DNA of 64,000 bases, taken from Callorhinchus milii (taxonomy: Eukaryota). Below the pieces are notes generated by a model. That model worked only from the letters and a program-made list of their open reading frames with translations, searched no databases and had not been told where the DNA came from. A program made the translations under genes and the position numbers. Where the stretch lies: assembly GCF_018977255.1 (NCBI RefSeq), contig NW_024704742.1:24554001-24618000 (forward strand), given 5' to 3'. Shown here one piece after another: positions 24,401 to 39,400 of the stretch (the stretch's first letter is position 1; every line of letters starts with the position of its first letter).

Positions 24401-27400
24401 TGTGCGTCTTAATTGTGTGAGTGTTTTGCTGGATTGTTCTTCTGTTCAGCCAAATTCTCCATATGGGCAGATATTTGTGACACTCATGGTAACAGTTTCA
24501 GTCAGGAAATGACCGCTTTCTTTTGTTCCTCTGTTGTGTTGGAGAGTTCAAACTTCCACTTCTGATCTTCCCAGTGTACGTGGTCGAGAGTGAGAAGAGG
24601 TTTTACTGAGAGCTCTTATAGTGCCTCAACATTCTGCAGTTTTTATAAAACACAAGTATGTGCCCTTTTGGGATGGGGAGGGGAAGAAGAGAAAGGAGGG
24701 GCGTTATTCTGCTACATGTGTTCATTAGTGATAACTCATTGACTCATGCAGTTGCTGCGATACAGTGCTGACAGTCACATACTGAAATAAAATGGAACAG
24801 AGAGGGGGTGAGAGGTAAAAGGAAATCTCTTGATGAAATCAAGATTAACATCTAGATTTGGAATCACTCAGCCCTTCAACCTTTTGCAGTTGGCTTAACA
24901 ACAACAAAATCACAATTGTATAGCGCCTTTCATATTCGGGAGAACCTCCCATGTCGCTGGACCGACAGAGGTTCGTACCCAAGCTGGGGGTCGTGATCGG
25001 AGAGGGTGGAGGCAGGGAGGTAAGCAGGGAGATCGAAAGCACGGTCGAAGAGGAGGGTCTTGAGCTAGGTCTTGAAGAAGGCAAGCGAGGGGGCGAGGCG
25101 GAGGGACTGCGGGATGGAGTACCAGAGAATTGCGGCAAAGTGGCAAAAGGCCCGCCAATAGTGGAGCGAACAAGGTGGGGGATGTGAAACATTGTGCCTA
25201 GTGGTGTCTGTTTATGTACAAAATAAAAGATGAAGGTGATACCTCATGAGTTGGTTTTGAACTTGTAACTGGATCAACACATGTGTTCGATTCACTTCTG
25301 GTTTTAATGCTTTATGTCACAGCATGATGTTTATATCTAATTTGCATGAGGAAAAGTAGTGCAGGCACAGGTCATGAAATGTTAGCAGACAAATGAAATA
25401 TCAATTTACCTACTCATAACGTAAGAATGAAATACTTAGAATAGGCTCCTGATAGCACTTGTACCATACAATTTACACTTCCATCGTGCCTTTCACGTCG
25501 GGAAGATGTTTCAAAGTGTTTGTCATTAACCGATTCTCATTTTAGGGGGTTTAGGGATTGAAGCATTTAGATTTTGCCTTGTAGATGTGGCTGTTGTGTC
25601 CAATCCATTTTATTTAACAACTTGCATTTATATAGAGCCCTTCACGGGCGGTAGTGTCTTAGAGCACTTTTACCTCACTTTTAACTATCCATAAAAACCT
25701 TTTCTAGAATGTTTGCTTGAATCCACGCTGAGCTTTTTCTTGGGGATTCCAATCATCAGGAAGTTCCCTCTTTTCCCACCACTTGGTGGAAATCCCTCCT
25801 TCCTGGATCCATCTAGGTGGATTCCCACGGCCCCTGGTTTTTCCAGTGAGGTACCAAGGGAATGATTAAATGGAAAGATCTGTCTTTGTAGCAGGAATGG
25901 GGGCCACTGCAGGTCACCAAGACCGATGGAATTCAACATAGGCAATGACTGAGAGAGTGGTGGTGGGGGGTGGGGTGTGTGTTGGTGGGGTGGGGAGGAA
26001 GGAGGAAGTGGTTGCAGGGGTTATTTACACAGAGGAATGGAAGCGCAGAATGGAAAGGTATTGTAGGGGAAAACCATCTGTTCTCAGAAATAGTTACAAA
26101 CCCTCTGATTGAAGCTTGCTGTTACCACAGCTTCTAGGCAGCGGTTTGAATTGCTCAGGTTTATTGTTCCAACCCGAAAGATGCTATACATGTGTAAACT
26201 GATACATTTTCATGTATTCCTATGCTGGACTCGTGTTGCTGTGCATTTTGTGCTCAAAATCACAAACCTTAATTCTCACAATCTCAATAATTGTGGAGTC
26301 CTGTAGCTCAACGGTTAGAGTATTCGCCTCGCAAGTGAGAGACCTGGGTTTGATTCCCGGCTGGGCGAAACATTGGCCAAGTTTCCTTACTCCACACACC
26401 TTTGTTTAGCTAACAGTAAGTAGGAACCCAGTTATTAGTTATTGGCTGATCACTTTTCCGAGGTAATAATTCCTTCAAATATAATAATAAATTGGTCACT
26501 CAATCCACGACTGTTTGAGGATTCTTTGTGTGCAGTTGGCTGCCGTGTTTCGCCCACAAAGATTACAGTCAATTCACTTTACAGTATATTCTGTGAAGTG
26601 CTTTGAGAGGTCTTGAAGACGTGATAAGGTGCTAATTCTCTAACACAGTAGTAGTAAACCTGTGGGTCTCTTAACACGGTACTGAATTATCCTAGATATC
26701 AATGTCATTCGTGGAGGCTGATCTCTGAAATACGCAATAGAGCTTGGGATGGGTTAAACTTAATGTTTAAATTGGCATCTTAATCACACAAACGCCACAA
26801 TGTAATTGAATAAACCGTTACACTATTGACGAGGCAAACCAAAATCCGACGCCGTTGCGCATTCTATTTAAAAATCGACACCTAGGTTCGAGTCTGGAAT
26901 TGTTGACAATGTCGAGTTCTGCTTGGCTGAATCTTAAAGCTTACAATCGTAAACGCAGTGTTCATGCTCAATGCTTGTCATTTGATTTGTTTGACCTTGT
27001 GCTGGGCAACAAAGCTTGTTTTAAATATTTGCGCATTGATGTTTGGAAATTGTACCATATCCTTCACTGTGTAATCTTTTACTCTTTGTTACAGGGGTTT
27101 TGCCTGTTGAGCAGCAATAAGCTTGTATTATACGTCCACTTCTCCCACAGCGCAGAAGGATGCTGTAACGAATTGGAAAAAATAAAGAGCTATTTATTAG
27201 AACATATTTTTGTACTTTTCATACCAGTTATTGCAGAAAGTACCTCAGGTTAGTATCATTTATTTCTTTCCCAACAACAAGACTACATTTGTATAGCGCC
27301 TTTCATGTCGGGAGGACATCCCAAGGCTCATGAAGATGAAGAGTATGGTGTTATTGAAATTGTTTCTGCCATGTATTCAATGTAGAAATAAAAAACTAGT

Positions 27401-30400
27401 ATGTTTTTATGATGTCCACAGATTTATTTTATGGAGAGACCAGTTTCCTAGTGCAAGTCCACAATTAATCATAAAGTAATAAAATAATCCTTGCATTTGA
27501 CACATTGCGGGGAAGTGTATTATTATTATTATAAAGTGCTTCACAGGATTTAATGTAAAGTGCAATGACTGGGTATTTTACAGTTGCAAAATTTCACATT
27601 TAAGTAAATTTAACTTTTAAGCTTTCTGTTTTTAGTATAGTAGACGTTTGTACAGGACTATGTATCCGACTGACACCCCTACACATACCTGCAATGTAAC
27701 AATCAATGCACTAACATGAGGCCCTACACAGACCGTTTTGCTTTCCAGTTCAATAATGAGGCAACTCTGAACTAATTACCCTCCTACTCATCCTCCACGC
27801 CTGCCCACCATCCTTTTTTTCTGGTGGCTCAAGCACTGGTCTCAACCAGTTGGCAATTATTCTTAGCTATGGCTTAATGGTGAATGCAAGCCATTTGACC
27901 GCAGAACCATTGCAGCCGAGCTGCAATGTTCCGGAGTCTCTGGCTAGCCATCATGTCTGGTTTCTCTCCCTAAACTGTTTGTGAGGGCATTTGCAGCTCC
28001 ATTTACTTTCCAGTTCATCCAAAATCTACTTCAGTCCTGGCAATTTAAGGTCTGTTGCATTGTGTTTTTTTTTCTGAAATGATTTCATTTGTTCTGATTT
28101 TCATTTTCTCTTTACAGGTGAACACAACATTATTATGTATATTTTGAATTCAGGGACCAAATCTTTATACATTAAGGTACTTTCAACAATGTTTCCAAGA
28201 AAAACTATGGCCGTGCTTCATTTTCACAATATTTTATGTTAGTAACTAAACTTGGCACCAAAAACATAGAGGAAGGTCTTTCTGCTGTGGCATTCTGAAA
28301 CCTAGTGTGTACCAAGATGATCCTTTAAATGTTTTAAGTAATGTAAAACACTTTTTTTGTGCCTTATCTACTGTCTAATGCTACTTTTATTTCCTTCCTG
28401 CACCCTCTCCTTTTGTTTCCTTGGTTGCTGACCTTTCTTCATGTCCTCTGTTATCTATCTCTTACTGCTTGATTTGTGTATTTGGTTGTGGTTAGCGTCC
28501 TTTGTATCTCCTAGTAACTTATAATTGACTGCCCTCAATTGCATTTGCAATCGGATTTGCCTCAGTTGGGGCTCCTCGCCAGTAAAATTCCTGGTTCAAG
28601 CCAGTGCTATAATTAGTGGAGAAAAAGGTCTGAAGTTTTACAACTTTTATGATTGTTTTATGTGTATGTGTTTGGGAGCGGGAGGAGAGAGGGCAGAGAG
28701 AACATGATTGATGATTAGGAATAGGAAGCAAAAACAAAGCCTTAAAGTGGTATTCAGCACCCGACTGAGATTATATGTTTGTCTAAAGTAGACCATGCAC
28801 ACTTTTAATGCAGTTGCACAGGGTTTAAAGATTAATGTGTGCTTTTAAAAAGAATTCCATTCAGTTTGCACTTGACTTGAAAACTGAGTTGCTGTTTGGA
28901 AAGTCTTTATAGTTTCAATTTTGTACTGCCTGTGCTGGTAGTTTCACATGCTTCCCCACTTCATTATTATTGTTATTGATAATTAATAATCAGCGCATTT
29001 GATATGGTGGCTTTGATGTAATGAGGATGTCTCATCACTTCACAGGATTTACAGTGAAGTGTAGTGACTGTATTTGTAGGCAAGCATGGTAGCTAAATTG
29101 CGCACAGCAGGAGCAGCTATGAAGTGGTGTTTATTTCACATAATGCATCTTAAAACCAAAACATTAAACTATCCAAAGAATACTTGTCGCTGGATGAGAT
29201 GACCTAAAGGCAAAAACAAAACTGAAAAATTGATCCATATTCAATCCATTCTTCTGTAAGTTATTTTAAAAACTGCAAAGTTGAGATTGGATTCAACAAA
29301 TTGAGTGCAAAATGCTACATCAATAAAGTAATTCTAGACCATGGTGGAATTTCTCCCCATCGAGTAAATGTTTGAATGAGTAAACAACTATAGCCTAGTT
29401 GTGTGCTGTACAGTTCCAATTTGTTGCTTAAAAATGGGTAGAAATTTCTCTTATAGTTTAAATTAAACAACATTGAAGATGTGCTCTTACAATGGGGCAA
29501 CGTTCAATGTTGCTGCACTTTACCAGAGTTTCTGGCTTAAGGACATCTGCTGCGCTATGGATATTCCATCTGTGATGAAGTTCTTCACATTGACTGTTTG
29601 TAATTGTCCAGTGTTGCACCTGTACCTGTGTGATGCTGTTGATTTGCTAATGAACTTACGCAGTTAGTTTTGCTCCTGTGCGTGGGAAAACCTTGCACGC
29701 TGGCTGTGCTGTTGATGCTCAAACAAGCACAGGGTATTAAATGTGCATTAAAATCCCTTGCAGAATTTTCACCTACTGTCTAGACCTGAAGACGCAGTCA
29801 CTGTTAAGTTTGAGCCAATACTACTGAAGTCGTCTGCCACAAATCTTACCAAACTTGCTTCTATTAATTGTAATGGTAAGTATTCATTGAAATGTCCTGC
29901 TCCCTAGATTTGTGACTAGCCTTGACTACTGCATGTTTCTAGAATTTTGAAAAACTGGCTTCTAAATTGTGGCTGATTCAAAGCACCTTAATAAAGGTCT
30001 GTGGATGTGAGGGTGAAAGAATTGGTCTGGTGTCCGTTTCTACTGACTTGTTTTTTCTTTTTAAAATAGGACTATTAAATGCAAGTATTTACTGCAAAAA
30101 TATATACAGTTTTAAGAACTCATATATTGTACCATTGAAAGAAAATGAGTGAGTCAGTCGTAAATGGTGTCTGCTTCACCCTCACATTCTGTTTAAAGGT
30201 GCCAGTTTTCTACAATTCTTCACAAGGTTTCTGATATAACAGTTCCCAAATTACGACTGTATGTAAGAATTTATCAAAATTTTAAGGCTGGTGCTCTTCA
30301 GACTAATACTATGAGAAATTTCCCGCCTCTGGTGAAGTGTGAAGTCATCCACCTCGGTAGCAAAATCAGTAGAGCGGGTTATTTTTTAGAAGGGGAGAGA

Positions 30401-33400
30401 TTTGAATGTGTTAGCGTCCAGAGAGACTTGGGTGTCCTTGTACACCAATCACAGAAAGTTAGTCTACAGGTGCAGCAGCAATTAGGAAGGCGAACGGTAT
30501 GTTAGCATTCATTATGAAAGGATTAGAGTATAAGAGTAGGTGCAACTGTATAGGGTCCTGGTGAGACCACACCTGGAATACTGTGTGTGGTTTTGGTCTC
30601 CTTATTTAAGGAAGGATGTACTTGCCTTGGAGGGGGTGCAGCGTAGATTTACAAGGTGAGTACCAGGGATGAAGGGGTTGAGTTACGAGGGTAGGCTGAC
30701 CAATTTGGGCCTATATTCTCTAGAATATAGAAGAATTAGAGGGGATCTTATAGAAACCTATAAGATCATCAAAGGGCATGATAGAGTAGATAGTGGGAGA
30801 TTGTTTCCCCTGGTTGGAGAAAATAAAACCAGGGGTCACAACCTTAAAATCAGAGGCCAGCCCTTTCGCACTGAATTGAGGAAGAACTTCTTCACTCAAA
30901 GGGTGGTGAATGTATGGAACTCACTACCCCAAAGGGCTGATGACGCTCAGTCCTTGAACGTATTCAAGACTGAGATAGATAGATTTCTTATTGCTAAAGG
31001 GATTAAGGGATATGGGGATCAGGCAGGGTCAGGTTATTAGCTGGAGTTAGATTAGAAGATCAGCCATGATTGAATGGCGAGGCAGGCTCGAAGGGCCGAA
31101 TGGCCTACTCCTGCTCCTACATGTTTTGTTATGTTTCAATGTGTTGTTTCTAAAGGCGTCTGTAGTGGTACATTGTGAGTGTAAAAGTAAGTTTGTGTTG
31201 CTTTGTTTTTCAGCAAATGCTGTGCCTTTGAGTAGGACAAATTGCTCCAGTGAAGTGAATGTCATTAAAGGTAGCTTAGCACTGAAGATATTCCCTGCAC
31301 TACAGCTGACTGAAGGGTGAGTTTCCTCTCAGTAGTTTGTTGTTCAGAACTTCAACATTCATTTGAGTGCCGCTCACTCAACAGAAGTTTTCCAAGCGCT
31401 TTACAGAATGAAATTAATTAGAAATTAAATGAATGTTGCCAAGGAGGAACGGTTTCAATTTAAAAATGTGTGCCACATGAGTGATATCTGTAGTGGTATT
31501 TCACTCCCGAAAGTCAAAAAGCTAATGTAATTTACACATCTAGAATGATCCAGATTAACAACCGGTAATGGGATATATTTATATTTGAAAATAGGTTTTA
31601 AATTTTTTCCAAAAGTGGCTGGTTGAGAGTTGGCTTTGTTCTCTGAGTGGGTAAAATGTTTCTAAGCAGACTGCTTCTCCAGTCAGAAACCTCCTTGCAT
31701 GTTTCACTTCTGAGGAAGGAATCCTTTAGCATAAGATTCTGCTGTCATACCCACCATCTCTCTGCATTTCAGAGACTAAATGCTGAAGGATAAATACAAA
31801 CATGATGCAAATTTTGAAGGTCATAAAATTTGACAATTTTGGGGTTGTTTCCATATTGTGATCTTTCACATGTTCAATGTTATCCCATTGATTTAGAGCC
31901 GTAAATCACCCTCCACCCTCCTCAAATCCTGTAAACCACCCTCCCCAATCCTGACCCGCAACTCGGGTCCGAAACACTGTCTGTCCAGCGCCTTGGGACG
32001 TCCTCTCAACGTGAAAAGCGCTATACAAATGTAATTTTGTTGTTGTGGAAGTGTTTGCCCAAATCCTTGTTTTCCAGGCTATTTAAGTTCTGTCCATTCT
32101 CATCTCTGTTTCTCTTCGTCATGGGTAGGTACCTTGGTTGTGATTTTTCCAATGAGATGTTTCAAGTGAAGCCAGAGCGTGGATCAGGACTCTGGACCAT
32201 TTGGTTCACAAATAACTTCAAGTTCAGCATTCCAATAACAGACATTCGAGTACCAGCGGAGGCTGCACATGTATTGACAGTAAGGTCCCTCTACTTTCCT
32301 TTGTGTTTTTTAAATACCAAATTGAAATCTACTGAGGGTGCCAATGTTAATTTAATGCAACATCATCTATCGTATTCCATTCTGTATCTGTACGTGTTTA
32401 GTGCCTTGGGATGTCCTTCCGATGTGAAAGGCACTACATAAATGTGATTTGTTGTTGTTAAAGATTGCTCCGCTTAATTAACTCGAGTTTTGGTCAGTAG
32501 AAATGAAATTTCACTCCTCAAAGCTTGGCCTTGAGACTTCGCCCCACTTTTCACATTTCTCCTCTCCCGTCAAAACTGGATCAAAACATAAATTCTGCAA
32601 CTGTTTTTGTAAGGACTTAGACTGGGCCCATTGAAAACTAGTGTATGTCAGAAATTGAGAGAAACCTGAAAACTATGCCTAAGTGTGATGAGATCGCCTC
32701 CTGCGCAGTCACATGTGCTTTGGGCTGATTGGCAAAGGCGGCAATTTTTTTACATTACCCAGTGAGGCCAAACCCACAGAATTAAATGTTCATTTCAATA
32801 AACAGATGCCAATTAAACTTCAGAAACATATGAAAACTAACACTCTACAACACAGGCTTTATCTTGGAAATAATCAGGTGGGATAACTGAAAATACTTGA
32901 GTAGGTTAAGAATCTAATTTACTTGTGGGAGAAATGGGAGAGGGAGAAGACTCCTGCTTATTTCTAGTACAGTAAATGTTCATACATTTCCCATGTTTTA
33001 AAGCAGCCTCTGCCACAAGCTCAATCCCACCACAGCTTTTGGGCTTCACCAGCTGTTTAGGCATTTGCTCGCACTCATACTCGCTCTTTGTCGAGACTTG
33101 CTCTTGAAGATTCCACATCAATGAAGCAAGCTTTTCTCCCAACAGCTCAGGGTTCTCGATGCATCGTCACCTGCCGCCTGCTGTGAAGTTTTGCCGATTT
33201 TGTACACAGCCGTATCCCACAAACAGTGAATGGCCAATCTTTATTTCGGGATTGTTGGCCAGAATACCAGGAGAAACTCCCTTCATTTTTCTAATACAGT
33301 AAACCCCCGGCTTACCGGACTCCGGAATTACAATCTATCCAGACCGGGTACAAAACCCAGAACTTTTTAAAACAAAAATTTCAGGCAATAAATTATACTT

Positions 33401-36400
33401 GTTCGTACAAACTTTGTTCCCATATAAGCCCTATTAAATATTGCCCATTCTGGAATGGCCCACTTTAATAAATAGAAATATTATTAATTTAGTATACAAT
33501 TCAGCTTGTTTCTTTGGAAAAGAGTTTCCGATTATAGCACTTTCCCATTGTCTCAGCTGACTTCAGCCACCTCACAGTCCAGAGATTAGACCCAAGATTT
33601 ACAGAATCTGTGTAGCTCAGGACTACAACAGACAATACATTTTCTCATGAACTGTAAAGAGATTGAAGCAACCCATTACTGATTAAATCAGTCTGGATTC
33701 TCATAAAAACATCTGGGCATTGATGTATTCAGACTTATCAGTGGTTTAGTCACTTAGTCAATGATTGTCTGTGTAAAGACGGGCTAATCCTCAATGCTGA
33801 ATTATATTCAACTCGAGGCTGATCTCTATCACCAACTCAGCTGCTTCTTTCTGTTAATTCAGTCCATCACATTGAAAGATCTCTTGCCCATATGTTTTCT
33901 GCAGGTTAGCGTTTCTCTCTGAACGGAACCCGTTTTCAGTGTGTGCTTCTTCAACTTGTCATGTAGCGACTGTTCTTTCTACAGCACCGCTGGCTTTGGC
34001 AATGGCAAAGGACACCCTGGTTCCATTCTCTTTAAAATAATGCAAAACCTCAAAACTGACGCTCGGGCATCCAGAGAACTGATACAGGAAGTGGATGTTT
34101 AAGGCTATTACATCAGTATCTCAGCTAAAACAACAATGCTATCACAGTCATGCTTGGAGGTTACAGGCTAATGTTTGTGGTTTTACTCTTGGCTGTGGGC
34201 CACTGGGAATATAAAATGATTGGAATTCTGTGACTGCCTTTGGGAATATTTACAGTCAGTGGTTAGTTTTGTTGTGCTTTTTTTTAAGATTAGCATCCCA
34301 GGAAAATGATGAGAATGCAGGACCAAGACTATGGAATAAGTTTCTTTTTTTCTCCACGCGGCACATTTGTATTGGCTTCACCAGGCATTTTTATTTTCAG
34401 CTCCTGAACTTCCCTGGTCCGGTGACTCTGATCCCTGGCTGTTGGCATGTGTTTTCACTGCAGCTGAAACCAGGACATTGTATCGCATTAACCACTCGGC
34501 TGCTAATTGTCACGAGGGTAGGGTTCACATTTGACCTACCTCTGCAGTTCCACTCTGCACAAGGACAGGTGCGTAGTCAGCTCTTTGGGGCTGTAAATGT
34601 TGCTACTTATCTATGCAGAGTATCACAAGATCGCTAGATTGACTTAATAATAATAATCCTTGCATTTGTTATAGCACCTTAAATCCTCAAGGCGTCTCGA
34701 AGCGCTTCACAGAATATATTGTAAAGTGAACTGACTGTACATTTTATGGGCGAAACCTGGCAGCCAATTGCGCACAGCAGTGTCCCACAAACAGTTTTCG
34801 ATGAAGGCCCTTTAGCCCATTTGATCTCAATGCAGTTTTGGGCACTGCACCTTAGAAAAGACACACAGACCTCGGGAGGATATATAATGTAGATTCTTCA
34901 ATGATACCTGGATTGAGTGGGTTTAATTATGAGGATAGAGTGAGCAAACTGGCGCCGTGTTCTCTCGAAGGTAGGTTGTGCTCTGATGGAGGTGTTTAAG
35001 ATAAGGTAATTGACAGAGTGGATGAGGAGAGACTCCTCAAGAGGGCGTATTCTACAAACTAGACCTAGAACTGTTAGTGGCGAAATCAGAAGTCTTTACT
35101 TTGATCAGGGTGGTCCAACCTTTTGGCTGCTGAGGGCCAGATGTTGGGTTTGGGAAGTGTCTGATGGAGAAAAAGCAGATACATGGTATTGAGATAGAGA
35201 TCAGCCTTGATTATCAAAAAAAGGCAGAGCAGGCACAGTGGATTTACTGGCCTACTCTTGCTCTTTATCTTTCATACCATCTCAATCAAATTCTTCCCCA
35301 CACGGCCAATTCCCTGTTATCACTCTATTCCTGCCTATAAATTGCTCAGTTCCAGGACTGCTTCCAATACGTTAAGGAAGTAGTAAATCCTCTTCTGCTC
35401 ACGCCACAACTCTTGTAACTCCTTAAAATTAACACATGAGCGAGATTGTGAAATAAAATGACTTGTTTTTAAAACAAGCAGGATATTTAATAATTCTGTT
35501 TCTGTGTGCAGGAGAAGACGAGCTATGGTGCAGTGCAGTGTGGTATACACTGTTATCTTGGAGCAAAAGGTAAGTGAAGAGTGACTTGGCTTTGGTAACT
35601 AAAGCACCGATTTTTTTTTAAGAAAATTTTTTTTATTTTCATGGTGCAGCCTGTTACAGAGGCCCTAGGTCTTCAAACAGTTTAGCGCTATTGATAACTG
35701 CCCATTTTTCCCATTTAATACGTGTGAAATTATATGACTAATATGCATTCGGAAAACATTGCATAAAGCTCACAAACTAAAGGGAGGAACAATTCCAAGC
35801 AGCAGCCAGGAGAGTCATCAAGAATATTTGTCCCAGTGTACGGGGAGAAATGTTTTTTTTTGCATTTATTGCATAGGAATAGAATGGCCTAGTGGCCTGG
35901 AGGAAGAGGCTTGAATATTCAATGTCAGTAAAAATGTAGAATATTGCACATGCTAGCCTGGTGCTTATACAACACCCTGTATACTTATACTGCCTTTCAC
36001 CTAATGCACATATTGCTTTTCACATAGCGTAGCAAAGTGCTTATCGTGGTTTTTCTTGTAGCCAATGGTCCCATCTAATTTGTATCCTCTTGTTTAAATC
36101 ATTGAAAAGCAGGCACATTTAGCAGCATCCAGAATCCAACTGCCTACAGTTTTAAAAGCTCTCCCCTTCCCCATGCGCTTGTCCTGCAGTCTCATAAAAC
36201 AGCTGCAGATTACTTGTTTGCAAAATGCATTTTGGACATAGAATGAGATTATGATGGTGGCCATCTGATAGAGAGAATGATATAACAATAACCAGAGTCG
36301 CTTTATCTTTGTTTTTATATTTTAAAATGTTTTATATGGGTGAGCTTTGAGAGAGAGCAGAAAGCAGAATTGTGAACAAAGGTTCTGCAGTAGTAACTGA

Positions 36401-39400
36401 TGCTTGTTTCATGTGGTGCCTTATACTACATCAGTAACTGGAGCAGCAGTCTCCCACAAGAAACAGTGAGATAGATGAATGGCCAAAAGTGAGGGAGAGA
36501 TATTTGGGCATGAAACGAGAGCTACCCTTTAAAATAATATTGAACATTTATTTACTTGAACCAGCAGAACAGGCAGATGGATGTAATACTGTTTTGATAT
36601 GTCTGAGGGAGCATCAGTCCTAGATATTGAGCTAAGTTCCTGGACTTATCCAGAAGTCAAGAGTGCTACAAAGTAAGGCAGACTGACACCTAGTCCAATG
36701 TCTGAAGGAACTTAGCATTGTGTGTGTGTGTATGTTTATAATGCTGATATAGTTATCAACTTTGTGATGCATTGTAAAGAGGGAGGCATAACTATTCTGT
36801 ACCTTTTAAAGCTTGTGGACTTAGCAGCTATCAAGCTCCCATCTGATATAACAAGTGTAAACAAAAGGGAAGAACTCTTATCTAATCTTGATTTTTTTTT
36901 AGCTTATACAATGTCTCTGCAATAACTTCCTCTATTTCAGCTGCTGTGCAATGGCACCAGAGTCTCTCTCTGGATTCCTCTTCATGGAAAGTCGACTCTG
37001 AGCTAGGTTTGGATTTATGGCACAAGTGGCAGAAATTAAGAGGGGCAGGCGAGGACAGGTAAAGCCAATAGCTAGACCACCTGTTTTACTGTGGAGAAAT
37101 GTAGCTTGTCTTTTTAAAAACGGAATATGAAACCAGTGCAGGCCTATTAACCCTTTACTGATGCTGTCTCAATGGAGTGCCAATCCGCTCTATGCTGTTG
37201 ACCACTCGCACTGAAAAAATGCTAACATTTTTAAAGGTAATCGAGATGCCGCAATGTCAGCTTTCACTGCATTAATATTTAGCGTAATCCACTAAAATGC
37301 AAAGACATAATTCAAATTAAAATGTAACATTTTTTAAAAAATCGAGTGGTTCAGTGTGTGTGACCTGATAAAGTGTTATTAGAAGGCTGAATCAACCCTC
37401 CTTCTCAATGTTTATTCACTATTTTCTGTCTGTCGCTAAAATGATTCCAGGTGACACTCTTCATTTGGAAAGTAGGGCAATTTAATCCCTTGCTTCATGG
37501 TCTGATTCTGCAGCCCATAGAAACCAGAGATAGCAGATTGACTGCTTCCCATCACGGCAATTACTGATGTGATTTTAGCACTCGCCTAAAGCAGAGAGTG
37601 TCTACTGATGAGCAAACTTCTCCTCAGGGCCTTGACACCCAGCAGGATGTGGATTTTTGAGCTAGGGAAATGTTTTGTTTCTCTTTCTCTCAGTAAAATA
37701 TAGGCACAGTAAAGAACTTGCATTTTTCTTAGTCCTTTATCACAGCGAAACATCTGTGTTTCACCAGTATCTACTCACAGTAACAATGGCTGTGTAACCT
37801 TTAGTACCAGCAAGATCCCACAAATGTTCAGTAAGATAATGATCAATTAATATGAATCCTCAGGATTGTTGATCCAGACACTGAGAGAAACTTGTGTTTA
37901 AATATTGCATGGGGTACTACACCTAGACTATGAGCTTGAGTCCCGAAGTGCAGACTGCGTTATAATCTCACATGTAAGACTTCGGAGACTAAAATAGTGC
38001 CAATTTTTATTGATTCCCTTAATTTCTCAAGCTTGTAGCCAGTAAACAAAAGCTTTGTGGCTGACACCTGCCCTCTGCTGGGGACGTTTTGAATGTTTTG
38101 AATATGAGAAATGTTACAACTCGTGCAAGTGTGTAGTTTTGGTGAGCTATTTTTACTACTCACATTTTCTGTGTGGAGCAGTAGAATTTTAGTCAAGTGT
38201 CAAAGGTAGTTATATTAAGTGAGAAATATGGAGCATGATGGAGGGACACAAGTAGGTGCTGTCAATATTCACAGACCTATTGAAATGCCAAGGCATTGCA
38301 TATTTTCCAGCAGAGGTCACTGGCTGTCAATCATTTTGCCTCTGGCCGACTTATCTTTTCCGAACTCAGATCATTGTCTAAGCATTGCCGCACCTCTGAG
38401 ATAATCTCAACCCAAAGCACATATATTGTACTTGAGACTTGTCCTCTGAACTCGAGGAGGATCTTGGGGAGAATTCTGTTAGCTTCCTTAAATAGGAAGG
38501 ATTCCAGAATCCGTAGTTAACTTTTACGTGGTCTGTAGAAGGAACAGGTATGATGGGCTAAAGGGCCCTTTTCTCATTCTTTGCTATTCCTGTGAACTTC
38601 CACATAAACTAATGAACTGAGAGTTTTTTTCACATGCTTATGGGCAGGGAAGGGGGTGAGAGAAGGATTTGTCTCCTCATGTAGGTTTGTTTGACATTTC
38701 TTGATTTTATACCTATGTGCTATAATCTTGTCTTTTCGGGTTTATGTTGGTTTTCGAGTCTGATGTGTGACAATTGCTAATGAGATTCCTTTAAAAGGAA
38801 AAAAATCAGTCGCAGAAAACTCCAATGCAAGCTACTTTTGGATCACTTACTCTACTGTACACCCTCCACACCTTATATATTTATAACATATTCATATCTT
38901 AAAAATTGGCTTCTTGTTGAAGAAGTAAGTGCAGAAATAATTATTTGAGCTTTTCATCCTTTTGTTTTTGGAACAGGCAGAAGAGGTTTGCAGAGACTGG
39001 CTTGTGGCAACGTCTCCGGGGACAGTATTCATCGGATTTACTTTGGCCCCGTTTAATTCTAAATCCCAACTTCCTGCTGAACTTCAGTGCCACTGTTTCC
39101 CACAATAGAACGGTAAAACACTGTGCTCCGTATGTCCAGGTGCCATGTTTTTCTAAAAACAACACTTCCTTAGAGTATGAGGAAGGACATGGGGGGGGTG
39201 GGGGGGAGTGGGGGCTGAGGCAGGATACCAGGTGGTATGGGGTGGGGGCAGCTATTGACACACATCCTTTACAAGACCAGTGCTTTTGATGGTTGAATCC
39301 AGATGGTGAGCTTTGACCAGATATGTACACACGCAGATTATCATTTGAGCCCTACATTCCCATATACACACATACACACACACTCGCACTTTCCTCCTGC

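Noticed and set aside
30669..31040. 123-aa ORF as a host gene
   Set aside because: It is the CR1 ORF2 C-terminus.
32906..33165. Protein-like antisense ORF ([15 protein letters not shown]...)
   Set aside because: Short, no ATG at its 5' end, no recognisable homology or splice signals.
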